NCBI GenBank assembly: GCA_965218435.1
Contig: CBDCKW010000005.1
Location: 192,001-256,000, forward strand
Direction: 5' to 3'
Length of the DNA: 64,000 bases
Origin: Truepera sp.
GTDB lineage: Bacteria; Deinococcota; Deinococci; Deinococcales; Trueperaceae
Made by a program: the position numbers and the translations under genes. Positions 40,782 through 51,602 of this stretch are shown here, one piece after another. How positions within the stretch are numbered: position 1 is the stretch's first letter; every line of letters begins with the position of its first letter. The notes under the pieces are model-generated. The model did not search any database and was not told the DNA's origin. It saw only the letters and a program-made list of their open reading frames with translations.

Positions 40782-41927
40782 ATGACGAGCGGTGCAATAA
40801 ATAATGCAGGTAGGCAAGTTGCCCAAAGGGTCGGCATCATCGGCTGCGGCACCATCAGCAGCGCCTATTTTAAAGCGGCGCAGCTGTTTCCGGTGCTCAA
40901 GCTTGTCGCCTGCGCCGACCTGAACAGAGAAGCTACCGAACGCGCCGCAAAAACGTGGGGGGTCGAGGCGCTTAGTGTAAACGAACTTCTCGCCCGACCC
41001 GACATAGATATCATCTTGAACCTTACGGTGCCGCAGGCCCACGCCGAGGTGACGTTACGGGCGCTTGGGGCAGGCAAGCACATCCACCTCGAGAAACCCC
41101 TAGCGCTCGACCGAACCGAGGGCACGCGGGTCGTTGCTGCGGCCGAAGCTTCGGGTTTACGGGTGAGCTGCGCCCCCGATACGTTTTTAGGTGCGGGAGT
41201 GCAGACGTGTTTGCAGCTCATAAATGGCGGCAAGCTGGGCCGAGTGGTTGCCGGAACTGCCTTTATGATGGTGCCGGGACACGAACGCTGGCATCCCAAT
41301 CCTGATTTTTACTACCTTAGGGGCGGTGGCCCACTGTTTGATATGGGGCCGTACTACCTCACTGCACTCGTGCAGCTCTTGGGGCCGGTACGCCGCGTCA
41401 GTGCCGCTTCTGCGATGAGTGGTGAACGCACCATTACCAGTGAACCGCGCCGGGGCGAACACATCCCGGTCGAGGTGCCGACGCACGTTTCGGGGACGCT
41501 CGAGTTTCACAGTGGTGCGCTCATCACTCTCGTCATGAGCTTCGACGTGCAGCACCACACCAACCATCCTATTGAGCTTCACGGCGAGTACGGCAGCTTG
41601 CAAGTTCCCGACTCGAATACCTTTGGTGGCCCGGTGTGGGTACGTCTCTCTGGCGCAGATGTATGGGAAGAGGTGCCGCTCGTCAACGGCTATACCGGTA
41701 ACATGCGGGGCATCGGCGCTGCCGACCTCGCCTCTGCACTTATCGCTGACCGACCTCACCGCTGTCACAGTGACCTCGCGTTACACGTCTTAGACGTGAT
41801 GCAGTCGCTGCACGAAGCCGCTGAGCAAAGAACACATATCACCGTAGAGAGTCGCTGCGAACGTCCTGCACCCTTACCACTAGGCGTGGCGGCAGGCGAT
41901 TTGGGCGACACCATAGGAGCATCATGA
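40782..41927 (+). CDS. Gfo/Idh/MocA family oxidoreductase
   Basis: GCGTIS, EKPLA, APDTFLG and DMGPYY motifs. Confidence 0.92.
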   Translation: MTSGAINNAGRQVAQRVGIIGCGTISSAYFKAAQLFPVLKLVACADLNREATERAAKTWGVEALSVNELLARPDIDIILNLTVPQAHAEVTLRALGAGKHIHLEKPLALDRTEGTRVVAAAEASGLRVSCAPDTFLGAGVQTCLQLINGGKLGRVVAGTAFMMVPGHERWHPNPDFYYLRGGGPLFDMGPYYLTALVQLLGPVRRVSAASAMSGERTITSEPRRGEHIPVEVPTHVSGTLEFHSGALITLVMSFDVQHHTNHPIELHGEYGSLQVPDSNTFGGPVWVRLSGADVWEEVPLVNGYTGNMRGIGAADLASALIADRPHRCHSDLALHVLDVMQSLHEAAEQRTHITVESRCERPAPLPLGVAAGDLGDTIGAS

Positions 41928-42586
41928 CAAATACAGAAACTAAAACTGCACTGATCAATTGGGGTGGCTGGGACGGGCACGAGCCTCAAGCGTGCGCCGA
42001 GCTATTTGTCGACCTTTTACGTGTGAACGACTTCGAGGTCAAAGTTGTCTCCGACTTGGAGGTCTACACCGACGAAGTGTACATGCATAGCCTCGACCTG
42101 GTGGTACCCGTCTGGACGATGAGCGACCTTAGCGACGAACAAGAAGCCGGACTCTTAAAAACCATCAGGAGCGGCGTCGGTTTGGCAGGTTGGCACGGCG
42201 GGATGGCGGACTCGTTTCGTAACCGGGTCGAGTATCAGTTTATGGTCGGCGGGCAGTGGGTCGCGCACCCCGGCAACGTCATCCCTTATACCGTCCAAAT
42301 CACCGAGGCCGACCCCATCACAGAAGGTCTAGCGGACTTTGAGATGAACTCTGAACAGTACTATCTGCACGTTGATCCCGGCAACGAGGTGTTAGCGACG
42401 ACAACCTTTTCGGGTGACTACGGCGACGCACCTTGGCTTGCCGGAACAGTGATGCCGGTTGTCTGGAAACGTTATTTCGGTAAAGGACGAGTGTTTTATT
42501 CTTCGCTGGGGCATGTACGTCAAGATTTCGAGGTACCGGAAGCGAGAGAGATGATGCTCCGGGGAATGCTTTGGGCCGCGCGTTAG
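41924..42586 (+). CDS. ThuA-like (trehalose utilization) domain protein
   Basis: [33 protein letters not shown]. Confidence 0.88.
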   Translation: MTNTETKTALINWGGWDGHEPQACAELFVDLLRVNDFEVKVVSDLEVYTDEVYMHSLDLVVPVWTMSDLSDEQEAGLLKTIRSGVGLAGWHGGMADSFRNRVEYQFMVGGQWVAHPGNVIPYTVQITEADPITEGLADFEMNSEQYYLHVDPGNEVLATTTFSGDYGDAPWLAGTVMPVVWKRYFGKGRVFYSSLGHVRQDFEVPEAREMMLRGMLWAAR

Positions 42587-42625
42587 GCCACCTGAATTCA
42601 GGCGTCGACTCACTGCTAAAGACGT

Positions 42626-42994
42626 ATAGCATTTCCACGATTTAGGGGTCTAACTCATAGCCGCAGCGCCGAAATGAGTTAAGGACGTTTTCAGGCGTAA
42701 CAATTTTGACGGCATTACAAAAGGCTTCAACGAGTTCGCCAAGGGTAGCAGGACGAAGGCTTTTAATGAAAGTTTTGATCTTGGCAAAGAGATGTTCGAT
42801 GGGGTTCAGGTCAGGTGAGTAAGTTGGGAGATATAAGAGTTCACAGCCGAAACGTTCGATCAGCTCGCTGACTTCTTCACCGTGATGCACTGTCCAGTTG
42901 TGTAAGACTAAAACACTGCCCTTGGTAAGGGTTAGGAGTAGAACGGTCTCAAGAAAAGCCAGAAAAGCATTTTTGTTGACCGTATCGGTGACGA
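42626..42994 (-). pseudogene. IS630 transposase C-terminal remnant
   Basis: LYLPTYSPDLNPIE; truncated by the adjacent IS630. Confidence 0.8.
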
Positions 42995-42995
42995 C

Positions 42996-44255
42996 TAGTA
43001 CTCTAACCAGGTAGAACAGAGGGATAAAGCCTTTTAAGTTTAGTGCGAGCATCATCTGTAGTGAAACGCCAGTCCACCATGTTTTTGTGGTCATTACGCT
43101 GCCGAGTCCAGTGCCGAGTGTTGTTTTTGAGGGTATCCACAGAGGTTACGTGTTCAGCGAGACACTGTTTAGCTAAGACAGAGAGCTCTATTTCAGCCGT
43201 CTTGGGTAAAACGGCACCTGTCTTGGCCTTAAAGCAGCACCTACCGGGCTTGGCCGCTTCCGGGCCTGCCCGCATATTTAACCAACTACCATGCTCAGGA
43301 GTGTAGTGCCACTCGATGCGCTCGGTAATAGCACGGGCTTCCTCGGGCTCAAAGGCTTCGTAGAGTGCAGCGGTACTGTGAGTATTGAGGTTGTCGGTAA
43401 CGAGCACCACCTTCTCAGCTTGGGCGTAGTCTTCCATGATCAGGCGCTTGAGTTCGTGAGCGAAGTCAATAGCGGTACGTCGCTCAGTGACTCGCACCGT
43501 TCGTTCGCCCGCAAGGGGCTCAACGGCGAGAAACAAATTGGCGGTGCCATGGCGAGTATATTCGTAGTCTTCTCTGGCGAACTGCCCAGGTTGCAACGCC
43601 AGGCTGCCGTGAGGCGTACTGTGCAGCTGCTTGCTCAGTTCGTCGAGACATATAACCGGACGTTTGGCGTTGTAGGGCCGGGCATAGACCTCCAGCACAT
43701 CTTCCATCTTGGCGACAAAGTGGCTGCTCGGCTTAGCTAGACACCAGCTCTTGACTCGCCAAGGCTTAAGTTCGTTTTTTTGAGCCGCTTGCACACGGCT
43801 ACATTGCTGATGCTCTCGACGTAGCCCAACTCAACCATCTGCTCAGCTAAAAGCCTCAAGGTCCAGCGCTGTCTTCCGTCAGGGGGTTCGCTGCACGCCA
43901 GCATCACCAGCTTCGCCTCAATCTCTCCGGTGATTTTGGGAGCGGCACCAGGGCGAGTCTTCTCTCGTAGAGCTGTCTCTAAACCCTCTACGACGTATCG
44001 GCGACAGATGCTGCCTACGTGCTCACGCTGCACAGCAGCACTTCAGCGATCTCTTGGTAGTTTCGCTTTGGCTGCCGTTCTCGATCTGCCAGAAGCAGGA
44101 TGCGGGCACGCGTGAGGGTGCGGGCCGAACTGCTGCCGGAACGGACCAAGCTGCTTAACTGCTCGTATTCTGCCTCGCTTAGGTGGACGTGCAGATGTTG
44201 TCCCATGCCTCAGCTTTAACCTGGAAAGGGTGAAAATCAAGTTAGCTGGGTACTA
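42996..44255 (-). mobile_element. IS630-family element, defective (transposase 43003-44206)
   Basis: CTAGTAC ends; A7 slippery site; CLDE, VTDNLNTH, HYTPEHGSWLNM...AEIEL with a 75-nt insert; extra frameshift near 44015. Confidence 0.85.
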
Positions 44256-44554
44256 GATTTAGATAAGCCTGTGACTTGGTAGTTTGGCCTATCTGCTGAG
44301 AGCCTAGCAAACCCCGAAAACCCTGGGGCTGTTAAGGTTTTGGTGCGTGAGGGACGCAAATACAGCACAGATGCTGATACGGATTGCACCCTGCGAAAGT
44401 TGGTGCTACACTCCAGGAGCATTTCGGTCTTCTGGACCTACTTGAATTACCAGGCGGCAGAGTTTTCTTGGAAGTTGCTCACCGCCTGGGCTTTTTTTGC
44501 CCCGACAATAAAAAACCCCCGTGTGGGGGCTCGAGTACTGCAAGGGTGGTGAGG

Positions 44555-44855
44555 CTACGCGTCGAACAGCTCTCTAATCGGGAGTTGCCATCCCGGTACG
44601 ACCTCGCCGCCGTCGAGGGTGTCATCTACGCCCAAAACCTTGACTTCGGTAGGGGAGAGGTGCATGACGACCTGCTGGTTGCGCGGATTGATGACCACGA
44701 CCATCTTGGAGCCTGACTTCAGCCACTCGGTCACCTTGTCGCTTGCCTCGGGATAGAGATCAAAGGGGGAGACGACCTCCACGGTCAGGTCGGGCGCACC
44801 AGGCCAGAAGCCTCGCACCGGGTCTACTTTGTCGAGCCGCTCCTGGCTTGTTATA
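44555..44855 (-). pseudogene. Uma2/DUF820 endonuclease-fold protein, C-terminal fragment
   Basis: APDLTVEVVSP, K...W...G, LDGGEVVPGWQLPIRELF; N-terminus missing. Confidence 0.75.
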
Positions 44856-44869
44856 CAGACGGAACCGGT

Positions 44870-45340
44870 CTAAGGCAGTGACAGCGCGGCTAAGGCAAGC
44901 CCTGAAACCCCGAGGGCACAGCCGAGGGCGCGCAGGACGATCACGCTGTCCCATCGTCGCTGCAAAGCGTGTGCGTCCACCGGCGTAACCTTTTGCTTGG
45001 CGGCAGCCGTGAGCGCCGTGTTGATCGGCTTCGAGACGGTCAGATAAGCTCCGAGTTGCACCCCAAGTCCGACAACCGCTAAGATAGCCCAGCGACTTGC
45101 AGCTGATCCAAATCCTGTTATGAACACCAGCGCAGCCGCCGAACCCAAGCCAAGCACACCGAAGATCGGCATTCGCGCGTCGGCATAGCTGTGAAGGTGG
45201 CCCATCACGTCTACTAAGCTCGAGTCTTTTACCTGCGCTAAGGCCGGACGGCCTACCACGGCGAAGAACGCATCGGTTCCGTACACGACCCCCGCGCTGA
45301 GCAGACCGATCAGCACCAAGGCTTCGCTAACGCCGAACAT
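44870..45340 (-). CDS. DUF1772-like membrane protein
   Basis: Hydrophobic helices; PIN...RW...R signature. Confidence 0.7.
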   Translation of the reverse strand: MFGVSEALVLIGLLSAGVVYGTDAFFAVVGRPALAQVKDSSLVDVMGHLHSYADARMPIFGVLGLGSAAALVFITGFGSAASRWAILAVVGLGVQLGAYLTVSKPINTALTAAAKQKVTPVDAHALQRRWDSVIVLRALGCALGVSGLALAALSLP

Positions 45341-45441
45341 TACTGCGCCTGCTCTGTTTGATTGGGGAGCGAAGAGTGTTCCAAAGTTATCCTAAGGTGA
45401 ATTTAATTCGGCAACGATGTCTTTGCTAATTTGCGTACATC

Positions 45442-45942
45442 TTAAGCTCGCTGCGTTCTCCTGCTCCCATTTTGCCAGGCGATGATTGCCAGCCAGATCA
45501 AAAAGAAAATCGCGGTCGGCCCGATAACGGTCATCGGCAGGAACGGCGAAACGAAAGTGTAACCGCCCAGCCAAATCCCGGTCAACACGCCGGCGATCAT
45601 CATGGAACGCGATCCCGACAACGCCGCTGTGACCAGCCAGATGCCGGCAAAAATGTGCCCACCGAGCCGTACATAATCGGCAATATCATGTGGCACATTA
45701 TTGAGGGTCAACACACCTGTCATCACGTCGAGCACCAACCAGCCGTAGCCCGCCGCCTTTGCCCAGTCAGGAGCGTCGAGCTTAGCGACTAGCAGGAACA
45801 TGGCTAGATGGAACAGGATACCGGGATAGTCCGCCCACCACACGCCGGGAGCCACGGCAAAGGTGACGACCACCGGGGCGAAAAAGACAAGCGCCGCCAG
45901 TGCGATCACACGCGGGGAAAGAGAACGGATGGGGTCGATCAT
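45442..45942 (-). CDS. Hypothetical integral membrane protein
   Basis: AGGAGG RBS and multiple TM segments. Confidence 0.7.
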   Translation of the reverse strand: MIDPIRSLSPRVIALAALVFFAPVVVTFAVAPGVWWADYPGILFHLAMFLLVAKLDAPDWAKAAGYGWLVLDVMTGVLTLNNVPHDIADYVRLGGHIFAGIWLVTAALSGSRSMMIAGVLTGIWLGGYTFVSPFLPMTVIGPTAIFFLIWLAIIAWQNGSRRTQRA

Positions 45943-46347
45943 TGGGTACAGCCTCCTGAAGACTAGATGAAGTGAATTGGAATAGACTCGCTTAGCTCAC
46001 TTGGCCGCAAACTTCTGCGCGAACACCCGGTCCAGCGCGGCCAGTTCGTCGGGCGTGAAGCGAATATGAGGTCGCACCAGCAGTGGCGCGGCAACAAACG
46101 CTAAGGCTCCAGGGGAGAGTACAAGATCGAGGAATTTTGGTCCGTTAGGGCTGCGAGTATCGATCTAGACGGGCTTCCTCGAAGGCAGGACTCGGGCAGG
46201 AGAGCGTGGAGCATGAGCGCCGTGATCTGCTCCTAGAGGTGTCCGACCAACGCCGCCTCACTAGGGAAAGCCACAGGGAGGAAGTGCGCGCCACACGCGC
46301 TGCCGCCCTCGTCCGGTCGGACACCGAGCCGGGAGCGAGTGCCTGCC

Positions 46348-48141
46348 TCATCGCCCGGTCCTGCGGGCCGCGAGCAGCGCCGCGCCGCCCAGGGTGAGGC
46401 CCGCAGCCGCGACCAGCGCGGCCCGTGACCGTTCCGGCAGACGGCGTGAGCAACGGCGTGAGCACGCCTCGAGGGCGGCCCGCCGCGCCTCACTCCCCGG
46501 CTGGAACACCTCGTCCAGGTACGCCGCCAGATCGGGCGCGTCTTGAGGTCCCCCCCGAAAGCCGACGTAGCCGTCCGGGCGTACAAGATACAGGCGTGGC
46601 CCGCTGACCCCGTAGCGCCGATGCGCTTCTCCCTCGCTGTCGGCGAGCGAGAGCCCTGCCGCTGGCCCCGGGGTGGACATCCCGCCACTCTGCACGATCA
46701 CGGTGGTGCGCAGGGACGCATCGGCCACCGTGTTCAGGCGGGCCGAGAGATCGTTCAGCGTACTCAGGGTCGCCGGGTCAGGGCTGGCCCCGCTGAATAG
46801 CAGCAAATTCCAGGTTCGGCCATCGTACAGGTCGAACAGGTGCATTGTGTCCCGGCTGGGCAGGCGGACGAGCATGGCGTCCGGTGCCCGGCGGCCCGCC
46901 TTCAGGCCGCGTCCGCCGTGATCCCGGGTCAGGGGGCTGTCCGGGTAGTGGATGTTGAGTTCTGTCTGCTGCTGGGCCTGCCACTGCTGCACCGCGCGCA
47001 GCCGGAAGGCGAGCGGCCCGAGGGTGCGCATGCCCCAAGTGCGCAGCGGGTTTGGCCGCGTCGCCAGTTGGAAGATGCTCTTGGTGAAGTCGTCCACCAC
47101 GTGCGCGACCCCAAGGCGCTCGGCGTCGTAGCTGTCGAGCAGTTCGGTGCGCGCGACCCCCTTGTGGACGGCAGCGAGTTTCCAGGCCAGATTGTAAGCG
47201 TCCTGGATGCCCGTGTTCATGCCCTGTCCGCCGATAGGGATGATGATCTTGGCGGCGTCTCCCATCAGAAACGCCCGGCCACGCCGAAAGGTAGCGGCCA
47301 CGCCGTGCCGGAAACGGAGGCGGTTGGTCCACTGGAGTTCCGAGAGGGTCGCGCCGGGGTCGCCCGACAGATCGCGGATCACTCTCTGCAACTCGGCTTC
47401 GGTGGGCATCGCGCGGTTGCTCGGGTCGGTGTCGGGCGTGAGCATGTAGCAGTACCCCCGCTCGCGTCCATCCGGAAGGGGCGGCAGCGGGTTGAAGCCC
47501 AGGTAGGCCCCCGCGTGGATGAAGAAGTAGCCGCGCGCCCCCTGCGGGTGGGACCAGCGAATGTGCCCGTCGGCAATGCGAATCTGGAACCCCTCATAGG
47601 GTTCGGTCGGGAAGTCGAGGCTGAGCGCCGCCCTCACCGGGCTGCGCCCACCGTCCGCGCCGATCAGCCAACTCGCGCGCACCTGCTCGGTGCGTCCGTC
47701 CGCGTGGGTGAGGGCCGCACCCACCCCCCGGTCGTCCTGAGTAAAGTTCCCCGCCTCGATGTTGTATTCGACGGGGCGGCCAATCTCCTGAAGGTGATCG
47801 CGCAGCACGCCCTCGATCAGGCCCTGGGTGAGGATCAGCGGTGTCCCGTAGGGGCTGTCGCTGTCGTCGTAGCGGTAGTGGCCGAGGTGCTGGCGGTACG
47901 CATAGACATCCATATCGGTGAAGGTCACCGCTATGGCCTGAAACTTGGGCAGCAGGCCCATCGCGGCGTAGACCTCCTGGGTGCGTGGCCACAGCACTGG
48001 GGCGCGGGTTTCGGTGGTGGGTCCGTCTCGCCGCTCAACAACGCGCACAGACAGCCCCTGGCGGGTGAGTTCGGCGGCGGCGGTCATGCCAACCGGGCCG
48101 GCACCCACGATCAGGACGTCTAGAGATGGGGAAAGGGTCAT
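46348..48141 (-). CDS. FAD-dependent monooxygenase (aromatic hydroxylase, FAD_binding_3)
   Basis: GAGPVG, GADGGRS, GDAA...GGQGMNTGIQDAYNL, LVRPDGYV. Confidence 0.92.
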   Translation of the reverse strand: MTLSPSLDVLIVGAGPVGMTAAAELTRQGLSVRVVERRDGPTTETRAPVLWPRTQEVYAAMGLLPKFQAIAVTFTDMDVYAYRQHLGHYRYDDSDSPYGTPLILTQGLIEGVLRDHLQEIGRPVEYNIEAGNFTQDDRGVGAALTHADGRTEQVRASWLIGADGGRSPVRAALSLDFPTEPYEGFQIRIADGHIRWSHPQGARGYFFIHAGAYLGFNPLPPLPDGRERGYCYMLTPDTDPSNRAMPTEAELQRVIRDLSGDPGATLSELQWTNRLRFRHGVAATFRRGRAFLMGDAAKIIIPIGGQGMNTGIQDAYNLAWKLAAVHKGVARTELLDSYDAERLGVAHVVDDFTKSIFQLATRPNPLRTWGMRTLGPLAFRLRAVQQWQAQQQTELNIHYPDSPLTRDHGGRGLKAGRRAPDAMLVRLPSRDTMHLFDLYDGRTWNLLLFSGASPDPATLSTLNDLSARLNTVADASLRTTVIVQSGGMSTPGPAAGLSLADSEGEAHRRYGVSGPRLYLVRPDGYVGFRGGPQDAPDLAAYLDEVFQPGSEARRAALEACSRRCSRRLPERSRAALVAAAGLTLGGAALLAARRTGR

Positions 48142-48234
48142 AGTGGTCCTCCTGGCGCGGGTGAGCTCGGCTGCGCTCGCCCGGCGTCACTGTCATGCTA
48201 CTTCGCACCTCCCTGGGGCGTCCAATAGCTAACG

Positions 48235-48271
48235 GGAGCGCAGCCATAGGCGTAGCCTATGGCTGCGCTCC
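48235..48271. promoter_or_regulatory. Perfect 17-bp stem palindrome containing a LysR box
   Basis: GGAGCGCAGCCATAGGC-GTA-GCCTATGGCTGCGCTCC with ATAG-N7-CTAT core, between lysR and the monooxygenase. Confidence 0.65.
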
Positions 48272-48285
48272 GCGTCCGGGCCCGT

Positions 48286-49194
48286 TCAACGGGGCGGAAA
48301 GGGGTGAGGCGCGACGTCCCGCGCCGCTGCAAGCAGTGCCCGCGCGATGGGGAGTGGACTCTCCCGGCGCCAGGTCAGGCCCAGGGTCCAGCGCGGCGGC
48401 TCGCCCGCGAGGGGCCGGTGGATCACCCCGGCCGGGCGGTGCATCGCTAGGACCGCCGAGCGCAGCAGGCCTACGCCGCGTCCCGCCGCAATCATGCCGA
48501 GAATCGGTTGAAGCTGTATTCCCTGGTAGACCACCCGGGGCGTGAAGCCCGCCCGGCGGCAATGGTCGATCAGGGACGCACTCCCCCGGCCGCCCAGGTC
48601 GGCCCGGTGCAGGAGAAAGGCTTCCGTAGCGAGTGCAGCGAGCGACACCTCCGGCAGCGCGGCGAGGGGGTGTCGCTCGGGGAGCACCGCCTGAAAGGTA
48701 TCAGTAAGCAGCGGGTAGAAACCCAGGGTGTCTTCCACGAAGGTCTCGCTCAGGAAGCCCATGTCCACCTCACCGTTCAGGAGCGCGTGCACCTGCGCCG
48801 CCCCCAGCAATTCGCGGGAGTCGGGCACCATGCCGGGGTGAGCTTCGTTTAGCTTGCGGAACAACTGCGGCATGGGCGGGACGTTGCCGTATTCGGTGAA
48901 CTCCCAGGCCAGACGCAGCGTGCCATCGTCTAACCCCCCCGCCTGCCGGGCGCGGCGCACGCTCTGTTCTACGTAACTCAGCACGTGGCGAGCGTCCTCG
49001 AGGAGGGACTGTCCCACTTCGGTAAGCTCCGCGCCCCGGGCGGTGCGGTGGAAGAGCGTGACTCCGAGGTCCTCCTCGAGCTGGCGGATGCGCTGGGTGA
49101 GGGAAGGTTGGGTGAGGTTCGAGCGCTGGGCGGCCCGGGTGAAGTTCCGCTCCTCGGCCACGGCCACGAACAGCTTGAGCTGCTTGAGATCCAT
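48286..49194 (-). CDS. LysR family transcriptional regulator
   Basis: MDLKQLKLFVAVAEERNFTRAA...TQPSLT..IRQLEEDLG. Confidence 0.95.
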   Translation of the reverse strand: MDLKQLKLFVAVAEERNFTRAAQRSNLTQPSLTQRIRQLEEDLGVTLFHRTARGAELTEVGQSLLEDARHVLSYVEQSVRRARQAGGLDDGTLRLAWEFTEYGNVPPMPQLFRKLNEAHPGMVPDSRELLGAAQVHALLNGEVDMGFLSETFVEDTLGFYPLLTDTFQAVLPERHPLAALPEVSLAALATEAFLLHRADLGGRGSASLIDHCRRAGFTPRVVYQGIQLQPILGMIAAGRGVGLLRSAVLAMHRPAGVIHRPLAGEPPRWTLGLTWRRESPLPIARALLAAARDVAPHPFPPR

Positions 49195-49294
49195 GGAGTC
49201 AGACTATCCGGCATACATAACCAGAAGTGTATCGGTCCCGAGAAAACGCCGCAACACTAAAACAGCCGAGGCTGAACCCCAGGTTCTACGGCGC

Positions 49295-49391
49295 ACCAAA
49301 AGTTCTCGATACGGCAAACAGCGATATCACTGCAAGGACTGTAGCCGAGCGAGCCTGGACAAGACAACCCCGACTATGGGTACAGCGAAGC
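49295..49391 (+). pseudogene. IS1-like InsA zinc-finger fragment truncated by IS6
   Basis: GKQRYHCKDC motif directly before the IS6 TIR. Confidence 0.55.
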
Positions 49392-50245
49392 GGTTCCGTC
49401 AAGTTACTTCGACTGAGGTAGGCTGCTCGGGTGTTCGAAGCATCCGAAAGTCCTAAAGGCTATCGTTTTCCAAAACTGATTATCTCCTATGCGATCTACC
49501 TCTACCACCGCTTTTTGCTTTCGTTGCGTAGCCCTCCTTCAGGAGACCGAGACGTTCAGGAACTGCTGTTCGAGCGTGGCATCGACGTGAGTCACAAAAC
49601 GGTTCATGCTTGGTGCCATCCTTTTGGTCCAGCTATAGCCCAAGCACTTAGACGGCAGAAGCCTAGACGGAGTCGAAACTGGCAGCTAGACGAGGTGCGA
49701 GTCGTGATAAGTGGTGCGGTCCATTGGCTCTGGCGAGCGATTAACGAACATGGTGAGGTTTTGGATGTTCTGCTGCAAGAGAAGCGCGATACCGGCGCAG
49801 CCCAGCGCTTCTTCCGGAGACTGATCAACGATCAGGAGTTACCTGAACGCATTGTCACCGATGGGCTCAGGAGCTATGGTGCGGCACTCAGAGAGCTGCC
49901 TGAACTAGGCGCGAGTGAGCACGTTACCGTCTCGGCTGCCGAGCGGCGGAACAATCTCATCGAACAGAGTCATCGCCCTACCCGTGAGCAGAAGCGGCAA
50001 CAACGAGGTTTTAGAGCTACAACAATCACCAAGCGCTTTTTGTTTGCGCATAGCAAACTCTCAAATTTGTTTCGTCAATGTCGAGGCTCGACCCCTGCAC
50101 CTCTAAGGCGTCGCTATCTAACGCACGGCTTTGCCCAATGGCGTGAGCTGGGCATGGCGATTCCCTGAATAATCCCGAAAAGCTGATAGTCACGCGCTTC
50201 TGCTGTACCGGCAAGCTGCTCTATCCAAAATAACTTGACGGAGCC
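49392..50245 (+). mobile_element. IS6-family element; transposase 49431-50168 with a 21-nt in-frame insert
   Basis: TIR GGyTCCGTCAAGTTA; GYRFP, WQLDEV, LWRAI, VTDGLRSY, NNLIEQSHRP. Confidence 0.9.
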
Positions 50246-50521
50246 TGTTGACCGCTTCTGAAACGGTGTAGCCCTGTTCTTCGAGCAGCTTCGCTGCACC
50301 GAGCTTGAATTTAAGGGGGTACTGCCTGAGAACTCTTTTGTCTTCTGATATGGTCTTCTCGTTTGCAGGCTTCTAGACCCTGCTTGATTTGTCCGGGGAG
50401 ACGCACCAAGACCCCCTGTTCAGATACCGGCAAAAACCCTAAAAAGACGGTGCTCGGACAGGCCAAAGGTGGAACCTTAGTTATTCTGACTTCGCTGACA
50501 GTATCGTCGCCTTTGCCCTTA

Positions 50522-50869
50522 TTAAACGAGTTGTGCTTCGGGCTCGGAGAGCCACGTCTCAGCCCAAACAGAAAGGGTGTTAAGAGGAGCCTCGAGCGCC
50601 TGTCCCTTGGGTGTAAGGCGGTATTCGACCCGCACTGGCGTCTCAGGGATGACCTGTCGCAAGACCAAGCCAGCAGCCTCAAGTTCCTTGAGCCTTTCTG
50701 AGAGCATCTTATCGCTGATCTCGGGTATAGCTCGCCGCAGATCGTGAAACCGCACCGGCCCGTTTAGTAGGAGCTGCACGATTGCTCCGCTCCACCGTTT
50801 GCCGATAAGCTCGACAGCGGCATGAAAGCGCGGACATAGTTGAATGCAGGATTCGGCGGAGGGTTCCAT
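50522..50869 (-). CDS. HxlR/DUF24 family regulator
   Basis: CP...ELIGKRW, ISDKMLSERLKELE, RVEYRLT. Confidence 0.92.
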   Translation of the reverse strand: MEPSAESCIQLCPRFHAAVELIGKRWSGAIVQLLLNGPVRFHDLRRAIPEISDKMLSERLKELEAAGLVLRQVIPETPVRVEYRLTPKGQALEAPLNTLSVWAETWLSEPEAQLV

Positions 50870-51000
50870 AAGCAAAGTTTAGCATAAGCATAGCTGCTTA
50901 TTTTTTCTCAGCTACTTGACATTCTGTAATAACCGTTCTATAGTAGCTTACAAAAGGTTAGTCAAGCTAGCCTTAATCTAATGACGGCAAGAGGTTATCT

Positions 51001-51507
51001 ATGGCAGACATTGGGCTTCTCATTCTTCGACTGGTAGTCGGGCTTCTCCTAGCTGGACATGGCGCGCAGAAACTGTTCGGGATGTTTGGTGGTCCCGGTC
51101 TTAAAGGTACGAGCGGCTGGCTCGGGTCAATGGGCCTGCGTCCTGCGGGCATTTGGGCGATTCTTGCTGGTCTTAGCGAATTTGGTGGTGGCGTGTTACT
51201 GGCACTTGGGCTCCTTACCCCGTTTGGCGCGGTTGGGGTAGTCGCGGCGATGCTGATGGCGGTGCTTTTGGCTCACCGTCAGGCGCTATGGGTGACTGAC
51301 GGCGGGATGGAATACAACCTCGTGCTGATCGCCACAGCTGTCGCGCTCGCCTTCACCGGCCCAGGTCAGTTTTCGCTCGACGCGGCGCTTGGTCTGAGCG
51401 TACCCCTTTCCCTGACAGCAGGGCTTGCGCTACTCGCGCTGCTTACAGTCGTGACCGCTCTGGGCACCCGTAAAGCGCCCGCCCCTGCCCAGGCCCCAGG
51501 CGACTAA
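51001..51507 (+). CDS. DoxX family membrane protein
   Basis: HGAQKLFG, GMEYNL, GPGQFSLD. Confidence 0.92.
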   Translation: MADIGLLILRLVVGLLLAGHGAQKLFGMFGGPGLKGTSGWLGSMGLRPAGIWAILAGLSEFGGGVLLALGLLTPFGAVGVVAAMLMAVLLAHRQALWVTDGGMEYNLVLIATAVALAFTGPGQFSLDAALGLSVPLSLTAGLALLALLTVVTALGTRKAPAPAQAPGD

Positions 51508-51602
51508 AAGCTTTCTACTGAGCTGCGAGGAGGCACACGACTTGGTGTGCTTCCCTAGGTGCTTTTTCTTTCTCAGGCTCGACTATCAAAAAAAGGATTC
51601 TT

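Noticed and set aside
46840..48123. 427-aa antisense ORF
   Set aside because: Antisense shadow of the high-GC monooxygenase gene.
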